Source of the DNA: Candidatus Brocadia sp.
Lineage (GTDB): Bacteria; Planctomycetota; Brocadiia; Brocadiales; Brocadiaceae
Reading direction: 5' to 3'
DNA length: 32,000 nucleotides
NCBI GenBank assembly: GCA_021650915.1
Contig: CP091279.1
Location: forward strand, 3,330,001 to 3,362,000
Part shown: positions 17,513-26,632 of the stretch, piece after piece
How the letters are laid out: each line of letters starts with the position of its first letter
Position numbering within the stretch: position 1 is the stretch's first letter
Program-made: the position numbers and the translations under genes
The notes under the pieces: model-generated
The model's input: the letters and a program-made list of their open reading frames with translations, nothing else
The model's database searches: none
What the model was told of the DNA's origin: nothing

Positions 17513-20338
17513 TCAGGAAAAATACGGTTTCAGGTATCTCCCCGTGTGGCTTGCCGCTATGCGCGAGATCTCTTCCGGCGTACCGCATCCGACGAGATAT
17601 CCACCCGCACTGCCGGCCTCTGGACCAAGGTCAATGATATAATCGGCAGATTTAATGACGTCGAGATTATGTTCCACGACAATGAGGGAATGGCCCGCCT
17701 GGATCAATCCCTGAAAACATTTCAGCAGTTTTTGAACGTCGTCCATATGCAGTCCGATAGTCGGCTCATCGAAGATAAAAAGCATGGTATCAGGATTTTC
17801 CTGCGCCAGATAGGCAGCAATCTTTAATCGTTGCGACTCTCCGCCTGACAAGGTCGTGGCAGGTTGTCCTAGCCTCAAATAACCCAAACCGGTGTTTTGA
17901 AGAAATTTTAATCCCTTTGTGACACGGGGAGAATCGTAGAAGAAGATGAAGGCCTCATCAATGGTCATTTCGAGCACATCATGGATATTTTTGTTTTTAT
18001 ATTTTGCATCAAGCACCTTCTTCGTGAACCGTTTTCCGTCGCACTTATCGCACGTGACGTAGATATCTGCAAGAAACTGCATGTCAACCTTGATGGAGCC
18101 CGCGCCTTCACACTGTTCGCACCTGCCTCCCACGACGTTAAACGAAAAAGAGCCGCTGTTCAGATTGCGTATCTTCGCATCCCGCGTCGATGCGAAAAGT
18201 TTCCGGATTTCATCAAATATCTTTACATAGGTTATAGGATTGGAGCGAGGGGTGCGCCCGATGGGAGACTGGTCAACAAGGACAACGTCATTGATAAGCT
18301 GTGCGCCTTTAATACCTTCATGTTTTCCCACGAACCCCGTATACCCTTCCCGCTTTTTTTTGATTGCCCCATACAGGGTGTCCTGGACGAGGGTGCTTTT
18401 GCCTGATCCTGAGACTCCCGTAACGCACACCAGCAGGTTCAGGGGAAAGGTTACCTCCAGATTCTTCAGATTGTTTTGTGAGGCGCCTTTCAAAATCAGC
18501 GCCTTTCCTCCAGGCGCTCTTCGGTGTGAAGGAACCCTCATTGCCTTATTACCCTTTAAGTACTGCCCCGTGAGCGAACCATTCCGGGCCGTTAAATTCT
18601 TAAATGAACCCTGATAAACAACTGCGCCGCCATTTTCACCAGCGCCCGGCCCGAGGTCAATGATCTCATCGGCTGCCCTGATAACCTCCGGATCATGCTC
18701 CACGACCACGACCGTATTGCCGATGTCCCGTAATCGCTCAAGTATCTGGATTAACCGGTCGGTGTCCCGCGGATGGAGACCAATGCTGGGTTCATCCAGG
18801 ATATAGAGGGTATTTACCAGGGAAGAGCCAAGGGACGTGGTAAGATTGACCCGCTGGGCTTCTCCGCCGGAAAGCGTACGCGTCATACGGTCGAGAGTGA
18901 GATATCCCAGACCCACCTTAATGAGGTAGTCCAGCCGTTTTCGTATCTCCTGCAACAACACATGCGCAATCGTTTTTTCATATTCCGTAAGCTGAAGCCC
19001 TGCGAAGAATTGACATGCATCGTCAATTGTCATCGCACAAACGTCCGCGATGTTTTTCTGGTTTATGGTCACATTCAGCGCCTGGCTCTTCAGGCGCTTT
19101 CCGTTGCAAACGGGGCATACGGTATATCCCCGGTATTTACTCAAAAACACACGGACATGCATCTTATATTTTCGCTGTTCCAGCCATGCAAAAAAGCCGC
19201 GAATACCGCAGAAATCTTCCGCTCCTTCCCAAATCAGCGTTACCTGCTCTTTCGTCAGCTTGCGGAAGGGCGTCTCCAGCGGGATGTGGTGTCCGGCCGA
19301 CGCCTTTTCCAGCGCCTCATACATGGATCGGTACGTGGGCGTGTTCCACGGGGCAATTGCCCCCTCGTTCAGCGTCTTTTCCTTATCCGGTATGACGCTA
19401 TCCATATCAATCTCAATCGTGAAGCCAAAGCCCTGACAGTTGGGGCAGGCGCCAATGGGATTGTTAAAGGAGAATAACGCCGGAACCGGTTCGGGATATT
19501 CCAGGGCGCAATAACTGCACAAGAATTGTTTGCTGTATTTGAGCTCAACCCAGGGAGCGCCCTGGATCGTCAGCGGGTTCCCTTGTGCCTGCATTTCGGA
19601 ATGGAGAGAAGCGCCCTGAAGATTGAGGAAAACACTTAGGTGCCCGGAGCCAAAGCGATATGCCGTTTCCAGTGCGTCCGCAAGACGCTCCTTAATCACG
19701 TCTTTCACGGTCAGACGATCAATAATTCCGTAAACAGCCTTTGCATCTCTGATATCCCAGTCCGGTGTCGCTGCGGTGATATCAACGATGGCGCTATCCG
19801 CAAGAATCCTCACCAATCCTCGCTCTCTGAGAAGGTCAATCTGCTCCTGCCCTGATACCTTCTGGCTGACGTTAATCGGAAAGGCAACCTGAAACCGCGT
19901 TCCTTCCGGCAGTGACAGCACGGTTTCCATGATATGGGAAATGCTGTCGATCTGAACGTGCCGATTGCAACCGGCGCAGTGGGTCTCGCCAATCCGGGCA
20001 AATAACAGTCTCAGATAATCATTGATTTCCGTGGCGGTGCCAACGGTTGAACGCCGGTTTTTGACCGGATTTTTCTGCTGAATGGCTATTGCCGGTGGAA
20101 TTCCTTCAATGTGGTCGATATCGGGCTTGTCCATCTTTTCCAGGAACTGGCGCGCATAGGCAGAAAATGATTCTACATACCGTCTTTGCCCTTCCGCAAA
20201 GAGGGTATCGAATGCAAGGCTGGACTTGCCGGAACCACTGACACCCGTAATTACCACAAATTTTTTATGGGGGATTTCGATGTCAATGTTTTTTAAATTA
20301 TTTACCCGTATGCCACGGGCAATAATGGACTTTTTCAT
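17513..20338 (-). CDS. uvrA: Excinuclease ABC subunit A
   Basis: Colinear with canonical UvrA. Two ABC modules (GVSGSGKSSLAFDTL, LSGGEAQRV, YILDEPSIGLH; GVSGSGKSTLV, LSGGESQRL, FIFDEPTIGLH) and all the Zn-finger Cys pairs. I prefer the ATG at 20336-20338 (MKKSIIARG) over the track start at 20395. Confidence 0.9.
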   Translation of the reverse strand: MKKSIIARGIRVNNLKNIDIEIPHKKFVVITGVSGSGKSSLAFDTLFAEGQRRYVESFSAYARQFLEKMDKPDIDHIEGIPPAIAIQQKNPVKNRRSTVGTATEINDYLRLLFARIGETHCAGCNRHVQIDSISHIMETVLSLPEGTRFQVAFPINVSQKVSGQEQIDLLRERGLVRILADSAIVDITAATPDWDIRDAKAVYGIIDRLTVKDVIKERLADALETAYRFGSGHLSVFLNLQGASLHSEMQAQGNPLTIQGAPWVELKYSKQFLCSYCALEYPEPVPALFSFNNPIGACPNCQGFGFTIEIDMDSVIPDKEKTLNEGAIAPWNTPTYRSMYEALEKASAGHHIPLETPFRKLTKEQVTLIWEGAEDFCGIRGFFAWLEQRKYKMHVRVFLSKYRGYTVCPVCNGKRLKSQALNVTINQKNIADVCAMTIDDACQFFAGLQLTEYEKTIAHVLLQEIRKRLDYLIKVGLGYLTLDRMTRTLSGGEAQRVNLTTSLGSSLVNTLYILDEPSIGLHPRDTDRLIQILERLRDIGNTVVVVEHDPEVIRAADEIIDLGPGAGENGGAVVYQGSFKNLTARNGSLTGQYLKGNKAMRVPSHRRAPGGKALILKGASQNNLKNLEVTFPLNLLVCVTGVSGSGKSTLVQDTLYGAIKKKREGYTGFVGKHEGIKGAQLINDVVLVDQSPIGRTPRSNPITYVKIFDEIRKLFASTRDAKIRNLNSGSFSFNVVGGRCEQCEGAGSIKVDMQFLADIYVTCDKCDGKRFTKKVLDAKYKNKNIHDVLEMTIDEAFIFFYDSPRVTKGLKFLQNTGLGYLRLGQPATTLSGGESQRLKIAAYLAQENPDTMLFIFDEPTIGLHMDDVQKLLKCFQGLIQAGHSLIVVEHNLDVIKSADYIIDLGPEAGSAGGYLVGCGTPEEISRIAASHTGRYLKPYFS

Positions 20339-20481
20339 CGTTGGAACAAGACAATAGAGAGCCAGGAGAAAAACGGGTAACGGAAGATAAAACAAGATCG
20401 GTTTCTCATTGCTTCATCTTTACATTTTGAAAGCTGGAAAATCACCCTGATGAAATTCTCACTGCTCAATATAAGATTTTT

Positions 20482-20940
20482 ATGCAATATTCTCAAGACA
20501 ATTCTAAGACAGCGTTTGATAACATTGATGCCGTCAAAGAAGATAGATATCGTATGATTGCAAAAAGTATGGAGGGCTGGGGGCAGAAATATATTATCGT
20601 ACAATCTGCAGGAATTGGAGAGTTTTCCCGTTACCCTGAGTATTCTCAGAGGGCGTGGAAGCCCTTCGGCAGAAAGAAGGATGGATATGCTTGGCAAGAA
20701 AATCAGGTAATCAAGAAGGGTGTTATCGGGGCTTACAAGCATGACGATACACGAAAGAGTGTCGTTCCTGTGGAACGTGCCTCGTATGACGCATCGAAGC
20801 CGGAGATGTACGCTATGATCCGCGCCGTGATCCTCAACCCGTATGGGCCGGCAAGGTTGAGCATGCCCTTTGAAGTTCCACGGTATCCTTCATATCTACG
20901 ACAGAATCCGACACATTGCTCTGCTGCGTTTCGCGGCTGA
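20482..20940 (+). CDS. Hypothetical protein (152 aa); may not be a real gene
   Basis: ATG-initiated ORF with no obvious RBS and no motif I recognise. It sits between the uvrA promoter region and the island. Confidence 0.3.
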   Translation: MQYSQDNSKTAFDNIDAVKEDRYRMIAKSMEGWGQKYIIVQSAGIGEFSRYPEYSQRAWKPFGRKKDGYAWQENQVIKKGVIGAYKHDDTRKSVVPVERASYDASKPEMYAMIRAVILNPYGPARLSMPFEVPRYPSYLRQNPTHCSAAFRG

Positions 20941-20975
20941 ACTGCAGGTCGTTAGTCAAAAATTAATTGTGCCTC

Positions 20976-21005
20976 TTGACACATGTCATTCATTTGTAAT
21001 ACAAT
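20976..21005 (+). promoter_or_regulatory. Sigma70-type promoter that would give a leaderless transcript for the DUF3368-like gene
   Basis: TTGACA (20976-20981), an 18-nt spacer, TACAAT (21000-21005). The ATG at 21012 is 7 nt after the -10 box and there is no RBS. Confidence 0.35.
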
Positions 21006-21011
21006 TGTAGT

Positions 21012-21509
21012 ATGATAGTCTTTGATTCGTCCACGCTTATTCTTCTTGCAAAAACAGATTTACTGGAATTGTTTGTCCTGGATTTTCGTGGGAAAGTTTT
21101 CATTCCTCCGAAAGTCAAGACAGAGGCATGCATAGAAAAAAGAGAAGAAACCCCTCTGATCGTTACATTAATTAAGGATAAAAGGATTGAGGTCCTGGAA
21201 GCAAAAAACAGCAGGCAGATAAAGAAATTTATGGATGATTTTAATATAGACGCTGGCGAGGCAGAGGCATTAACCCGTGCTATTCAGGAGGGTGCCGGCA
21301 TCGTTGCGACAGATGATAGAAATGCCATAAGGGCATGCAAGATTTTAAAATTAGATTTTGTTAGTGCAATTGCTGTTTTGATAAGAGCATTTGAAAAAAA
21401 TCTTATTGATAGAGATGAGGCCGTTGTCAAATTGCAAAAACTGGCATCTATTGGCAGATATAGCAGGACAATAATAGAGGATGCAATAAAAAAGATAAAG
21501 GAGATATAG
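21012..21509 (+). CDS. PIN-like nuclease-fold protein (DUF3368/COG2405-type), putative TA toxin
   Basis: 165 aa: MIVFDSSTLILLAK...IDAGEAEALTRA...VATDDRNAIRACK. This acidic-residue pattern is typical of DUF3368 PIN-like proteins. Paired with a UPF0175-type gene. Confidence 0.65.
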   Translation: MIVFDSSTLILLAKTDLLELFVLDFRGKVFIPPKVKTEACIEKREETPLIVTLIKDKRIEVLEAKNSRQIKKFMDDFNIDAGEAEALTRAIQEGAGIVATDDRNAIRACKILKLDFVSAIAVLIRAFEKNLIDRDEAVVKLQKLASIGRYSRTIIEDAIKKIKEI

Positions 21510-21513
21510 AAAA

Positions 21514-21813
21514 ATGGCTACCAAAACGTTAAGCATACGCATAGATGACGACGATTATAAATTTCTTTCCGTTCTGGCGAAAGAAGAAAAGGAAGATGTT
21601 TCAAAGACAGTAAGAGAACTGGTTGATCTCGGCAGGGTAATGCTTGCCATAGAGAAATATAAAAAATCAGAAGCATCCATTGAGAAGGCTGCAAAGATAG
21701 CCGGGGTTTCTATCTCAAAAATGATGGAAATATTTAAGGAATATAGCGTTGAGGCAAACCTGGAATATGAAGACTATCTGAAGGGGCTAAAGAGCATAAG
21801 AAAAGTCTGGTAG
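21514..21813 (+). CDS. UPF0175 (COG2886)-type putative antitoxin
   Basis: 99 aa. N-terminal RHH-like segment (LSIRIDDDDYKFLSVLAKEE) and a C-terminal HTH-like segment (SIEKAAKIAGVSISKMMEIFKEY), which is the usual UPF0175 layout. Lies 4 nt after the PIN-like gene. Confidence 0.65.
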   Translation: MATKTLSIRIDDDDYKFLSVLAKEEKEDVSKTVRELVDLGRVMLAIEKYKKSEASIEKAAKIAGVSISKMMEIFKEYSVEANLEYEDYLKGLKSIRKVW

Positions 21814-21826
21814 GAATAAAAAGTGA

Positions 21827-21934
21827 TTATATTTTTTGGACAGTGATTTAGCTGACTATGCCAAGAACAAACTACGCAATTCGTTCCGCGGGTATTCAAT
21901 TTTACGTTCAAAAGAGGTCATCTATGCAGCCTGA
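21827..21934 (+). pseudogene. C-terminal remnant (~35 codons) of an MNT-type nucleotidyltransferase antitoxin
   Basis: The open frame reads LYFLDSDLADYAKNKLRNSFRGYSILRSKEVIYAA*. This resembles MNT C-termini (..N.YFR.SIL...EVIY). Its stop overlaps the HepT-like ATG (ATGCAGCCTGA), as in intact MNT/HepT pairs. No N-terminal GS..DxD region is present. Confidence 0.4.
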
Positions 21935-22366
21935 AGACCGCGACGCTGCGTATCGTTGGGGCATGCTGGATTATGCCCATACAATTCTTAAATTCACGTC
22001 AAGATTGAATTATACCTCTTATTTAATGGACAGGAAACTACAGCTCGCTGTTGAGAGGCGCATTGAAATAATCGGAGAATCAGCAAAAATGTCTCGGAGG
22101 CATTTAAGAAAGAACATCCCGAAATTCCGTGGCATTTGATAATTGCCCAGAGGAATGTCATTGTTCATGAGTACGGAGAAATAAAGCAAGACCGCATCTG
22201 GGCGCTTGCTGAAAACAGGATACCTGAACTGGTTGAGTTAATCAAACCGCTATTGCCGTCCTTGGGGTATCTGCCTACTGAAAAAGAGTTGAAAGATGAG
22301 TTAGAGCGTGAAAAAAGAATGCTTGAAACGGAGTTCAAATTGTTAAAATCAAAAGGCAAGAAATAA
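21924..22366 (+). pseudogene. HepT/DUF86 (HEPN) toxin, frameshifted in an A-run
   Basis: Piece 1 (frame 0) reads MQPEDRDAAYRWGMLDYA...VERRIEIIGESAK. Piece 2 (frame 2) reads NVSEAFKKEHPEIPWHLIIAQRNVIVHEYGEIKQDRIW and contains the Rx4HxY HEPN motif. The frames join if the A5 run at 22085-22089 were A6. Confidence 0.7.
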
Positions 22367-22627
22367 GGTATTCAGAAAATACCCAAAATCAACGAAGCAA
22401 CAGATACAGATTTAAAGGTTATTGAACGATTGCAGCAACTCGGTTGGAAGCGGGGAGACACCTTGCTTTATCAGTAGGAGTATGCATTAAGTTCGGAGCA
22501 TCAATAGATGTTCGATGTTCCCACAGTTATTTTATCCCCCGCTTATTTTTTTTTGAGTGATCCAGGGGGTATAAAGGTTTGGAAGAATTAAATATTTTGT
22601 TCTCGAAATTCGGGAAAGAGTTACAGT

Positions 22628-25600
22628 ATGAGTTATTCAACACTCTCCTATGATGCATTTTTAAGGATTACAAGTCAAAATAAGAATCTTGAGTATGTGT
22701 TTCTTTTAGGAGCAGGGGCATCAATTAGTTCTGGAGTCCCATCGGCAGAAGATTGTATTTGGGAATGGAAAAAGGAGATATTTTTAACTAACAACCTTCA
22801 CGACTCAGACCTTTGTGATGATTTGAAATTACAAAGTACGAGAATAAAAATCCAAAAATGGATTGATGCTGATGGCTCTTGTCCTCCATTGGATGATCCT
22901 CAAGAATATTCATTCTTTGCTGAAAGGGCTTATCCAACAGATGAATCAAGAAGAAAATACTTTGAAAATCTCTTTCAGGGAAAAAGTCCTTCGTTTGGTT
23001 ACCATATTCTATGTCTTCTTGCCAAAGAGGGAATGGCAAAGATTGTATTCACAACTAATTTTGACGGACTTTTGACAAGGGCAGCTTACCTAAATAATCT
23101 TACCCCCATTGAAGTCACTATTGATACGGAAGACTATATCCACCGGCAACTAGAAAAAAATCGGATCATGTGCGTTGCATTACATGGCGACTATAAGTAC
23201 GAGAAACTAAAGAACACCGGCAAAGAACTTGATAATCAATCGGTTGAATTTGAAAAAGCCCTGCAGTTTCATTTATACAATAAAAATTTGATTGTTCTCG
23301 GGTATAGTGGAAGAGACAAGTTGCTTATGTCTGCCTTAGAAAAGGCTTATAGTACCAAAGGTTCCGGCGCTCTTTTCTGGTGTAGCTATAAAGATAAAAT
23401 TTCCCAGGATGTTGAAATCCTTCTTAATCGGGCAGTAGAAAATGATCGTAAAGCCTATCTTGTACTCACAAATGGCTTTGATGAAACTCTTCATGATATA
23501 GCCAAATATTGTTTTTCAGATAATAACGAATTGCAGAAAAAACTGAGTGAAATTGTTCAAATAAAGGATATAAATAGCCCCAATGAGGAATTACATATTG
23601 AACCATTATCCACTGTATCAAGCATACTCGTTGATGGATCTCATATTAATATCGAAAAAGAAATTGTTTCCATCGAATCATCTACCACACAACCGTTTGG
23701 TTTTCACGAAAGCGCCTTTTTATCCGAACTGACGATTTCTTGCATTATTGGTGCATGGAACGAATCTGTTGAATCAGATAAGGATGTTATAACCAATTTA
23801 TCAAAGAGGCGTTATATTGACTGGATAGTGGATCTGCGACAAGTTCTACACCTTAGAGAAAGTCCATTAAAAATGAGCAACGGGATTTGGTATGTTATTG
23901 ATCGAAAAGCGCTGTGGAATGCTTTGGGTTCTAGAATATTCGATGACCACTTAGATCAATTTAAAAGATGTGTGACTACAGTGCTTACAGAGCTAGACCC
24001 ACAATTCGAGTTGCCTGTTGATAAACGCTATGCTGTGCGTATTTATGGCAAGGTGCTGAAACATTCATCTGACTTGCGTAAGGGACTGGCGGAAACCCTG
24101 GCATTGCTTGGAAACTACGGAAATGTTTTAAAGAATTGTGCTCAGGATAAGCCGGAGTCTACGGCTATTCTGGCTATACGTGAGATATTTGAAGGGGCAG
24201 ACTGGCGACTCTGGGGCAGCCTTAATGATTTATTACCAACGCTGGCCGAAGCTGCTCCGGGTGAGTTCCTGGATTTGGTAGAAAAAGCGCTTCAACAATC
24301 GCCGTGTCCCTTTGACGAACTTTTTGTGCAGGAAGGAAGTAGTGTTACCGGCAGAAATCACATGATAGGTTTACTCCGGGCGTTGGAATGTTTGGCCTGG
24401 CATGAGGAACATTTAGTGCATGTCGCCATGATTTTAGCCGAGTTAGCATTCCATGATCCGGGTGGAAATTTGGCAAACAGACCGGCCAACTCTCTGACAA
24501 CAATCTTATTGCCATGGCTTCCACAAACGCTGGCGCCCATTCATAAGCGTATTACATCCATCAAGGCAATCAAAACAGAGTTCCCCGACGTTGCCTGGAA
24601 TGTATTGCTCAGTTTATTGCCGAATCAACATCATGTATCAACTGGCACATATAAACCCCGCTGGAGCAACATCCTTCCAGATGACTGGAAGCCCAAGGTT
24701 ACAAATAAGGTATATTGGGAGCAGGTTACTGGTTATGCAGAGATTGCCGTTGAAATAGCATGCAAGGATTTGGATAAACTCAACGAGTTAATTGGCAACC
24801 TTGACAATTTACCTAAGCCATCATTTGACACCGTTTTGGAATATCTGTCCTCCGCTGCAATTACCCAACTTCCAGAAATAGAACGGTTGCCGATTTGGTC
24901 AAGCCTTACAAAGTTTACAAGGAAACACCGCCGTTTCTCCAGTGCAAAGTGGACGCTGGATGATGAGAGTGTTTCCAGAATTGAGGCTACTGCAAACAGA
25001 CTTACACCTAACAGCCCCGAAATCCTGTACCGCAACCTTTTTAGCAGTAGGGATTTTGACCTCTATGAAGAAAACGATAACTGGAAAGAACAACGCAAGA
25101 AGCTCGATGAACGACGCCAGAAAGCTATTCAGGAAATTATAAACGCAAGTGGCATACAGGGAGTTATGGAGTTTGTTGATGCAATTGAATCACCGAGCAT
25201 GGTTGGATGGACTATGGGTACGATTACTCCTAACACAATAGATCCTGTTTTACTGCCGGAATATTTGGATGTGAAAAATATAAAATATCAGCAATTTGCG
25301 GGTGGCTTTGTTTGGAGCCGTTACCAGCAACAAGGGTGGCAATGGGTTGATTGCTTGGACAGAACCAACTGGTCTCTGATGCAGATATGTCAATTTCTGA
25401 TGCATTTGCCTTTCGAGGTTAATACATGGTGTCGTGCAAATAATTGGTTAGGAGATTCTGAAAGCATGTACTGGCAAAAGGTGACGGTAAACCCGCACCA
25501 ATCTGACAGTGATCTCTTGCTTGCAATTGATAAACTATTATCGGTTGCACGTCCGCAGGCAGCAATTGACTGCCTTTATTATAGGTTCTATAAAAAATTA

Positions 25601-26386
25601 CCTTTGGATAGAAAGCGAACAGTAAAAGCTCTCATGGATGCAGTTTCCGTAAAAGAGCTTGTAAATATGGAGACCTATCATATTACAGAACTCATTAAGG
25701 CGTTACAGAATGATTCTGAAACTGAAGAAGATGATTTATCCCGCATTGAGTGGGCTTATTTGCCACTACTGGACCGACATAGTGAAGCCGAGCCCAAATT
25801 GTTAGAGAAACGACTGGCTACCCAGCCTGGGTTTTTCTGTGAAGTCATTCGGCTTGTTTATCGTTCCAAAAATGAACCAAAGACGGATGGAGAACCTGAC
25901 AAACAAAAAGAAACCATTGCCGTTAACGCCTGGAGGCTTTTGCGTGAATGGAAGCGGTCTCCTGGTTTACAAGGGGATGGAACTTTTTCTACACAAGATT
26001 TTGAAACATGGCTTAAAAGCGTTAAAAAATACTGTGCGGAATCTGGCCACCTTGAAGTCGCCATGCTCACAGTTGGAAAGGTATTATTGTACTGTCCTGC
26101 TGATCCTCAAGGGCTCTGGATCGTGCAGGCGGTCGCCAGAGCATTGAATGCCAGAGATGCCGAAGAGATACGAAGAGGATTTGTAAACGAGGTATTTAAT
26201 TCAAGGGGCGTGCATGATGTAGATCCAACCGGGAAACCAGAAAAAGAATTGGCTATACATTGGCGGGAAAAGGCTGACGCCGTTGAGAATGCTGGTTTTG
26301 CAAGATTCGCAGCCACATTACGAAAACGAGCCGAGTCTTACGACCGTGAAGCTGAACAGATAATAAAAGAGCATAGGCAGGGATAA
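22628..26386 (+). CDS. 1252-aa SIR2-domain protein: N-terminal SIR2_2-type NADase-like domain plus a ~950-aa helical C-terminal region of unknown function; candidate DSR-like defence protein
   Basis: Ordered SIR2 motifs: LLGAGASISSGVP (GAGAS at nt 22709-22723), VFTTNFDGLL (N144, nt 23057-23059), ALHGDY (H186, nt 23183-23185), VLGYSGRD. No P-loop anywhere in the protein. The C-terminus is Leu/Trp-rich with no motif I can name. Confidence 0.85.
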   Translation: MSYSTLSYDAFLRITSQNKNLEYVFLLGAGASISSGVPSAEDCIWEWKKEIFLTNNLHDSDLCDDLKLQSTRIKIQKWIDADGSCPPLDDPQEYSFFAERAYPTDESRRKYFENLFQGKSPSFGYHILCLLAKEGMAKIVFTTNFDGLLTRAAYLNNLTPIEVTIDTEDYIHRQLEKNRIMCVALHGDYKYEKLKNTGKELDNQSVEFEKALQFHLYNKNLIVLGYSGRDKLLMSALEKAYSTKGSGALFWCSYKDKISQDVEILLNRAVENDRKAYLVLTNGFDETLHDIAKYCFSDNNELQKKLSEIVQIKDINSPNEELHIEPLSTVSSILVDGSHINIEKEIVSIESSTTQPFGFHESAFLSELTISCIIGAWNESVESDKDVITNLSKRRYIDWIVDLRQVLHLRESPLKMSNGIWYVIDRKALWNALGSRIFDDHLDQFKRCVTTVLTELDPQFELPVDKRYAVRIYGKVLKHSSDLRKGLAETLALLGNYGNVLKNCAQDKPESTAILAIREIFEGADWRLWGSLNDLLPTLAEAAPGEFLDLVEKALQQSPCPFDELFVQEGSSVTGRNHMIGLLRALECLAWHEEHLVHVAMILAELAFHDPGGNLANRPANSLTTILLPWLPQTLAPIHKRITSIKAIKTEFPDVAWNVLLSLLPNQHHVSTGTYKPRWSNILPDDWKPKVTNKVYWEQVTGYAEIAVEIACKDLDKLNELIGNLDNLPKPSFDTVLEYLSSAAITQLPEIERLPIWSSLTKFTRKHRRFSSAKWTLDDESVSRIEATANRLTPNSPEILYRNLFSSRDFDLYEENDNWKEQRKKLDERRQKAIQEIINASGIQGVMEFVDAIESPSMVGWTMGTITPNTIDPVLLPEYLDVKNIKYQQFAGGFVWSRYQQQGWQWVDCLDRTNWSLMQICQFLMHLPFEVNTWCRANNWLGDSESMYWQKVTVNPHQSDSDLLLAIDKLLSVARPQAAIDCLYYRFYKKLPLDRKRTVKALMDAVSVKELVNMETYHITELIKALQNDSETEEDDLSRIEWAYLPLLDRHSEAEPKLLEKRLATQPGFFCEVIRLVYRSKNEPKTDGEPDKQKETIAVNAWRLLREWKRSPGLQGDGTFSTQDFETWLKSVKKYCAESGHLEVAMLTVGKVLLYCPADPQGLWIVQAVARALNARDAEEIRRGFVNEVFNSRGVHDVDPTGKPEKELAIHWREKADAVENAGFARFAATLRKRAESYDREAEQIIKEHRQG

Positions 26387-26632
26387 TAAGGGCAATTGAA
26401 AGGATTATTGTCGAAGTGGGGGAGAGGATAAAAGTATATAATGCTCACGCAATCTGAAGCAGACGCTTTATTTGCAATGCCGAAAAATCTAAATCAAACA
26501 GCCCGATTCCCTTTCTCATGCCGGACGAAAATTGCTTGCTGAGGTGCGACGATATGGATGATATGATGTGGAGATGAAATTATAGATTAAATAGGTAATA
26601 CTATAAACACGACAATTAAAAGGAGGCAAAAG

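Noticed and set aside
12678-19477. Numerous 100-230-aa plus-strand ORFs (for example 13313-14008, 14166-14723, 15053-15646, 18773-19477)
   Set aside because: All lie antisense within strongly supported minus-strand genes (permeases, ATPase, adaptor, uvrA). Their compositions are Arg/Ser/Pro-rich and typical of antisense frames.
20339-20395. 19-residue N-terminal extension of UvrA (MFYLPLPVFLLALYCLVPT) given in the ORF track
   Set aside because: Canonical UvrA starts right at the conserved M..I.v+GAR.HNLKNI segment. The ATG at 20338 gives MKKSIIARGIRVNNLKNI, and the hydrophobic extension has no counterpart in UvrA.
22628-26386. Reading the SIR2 protein as a SIR2-STAND (Avs-type), Thoeris ThsA, SIR2-HerA or SPARSA component
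   Set aside because: I found no Walker A/B NTPase motifs in the 1252 aa. The C-terminus is far too long and not SLOG-like. No HerA, Argonaute/APAZ or TIR (ThsB) gene is adjacent. The neighbours are TA genes and gene stubs.
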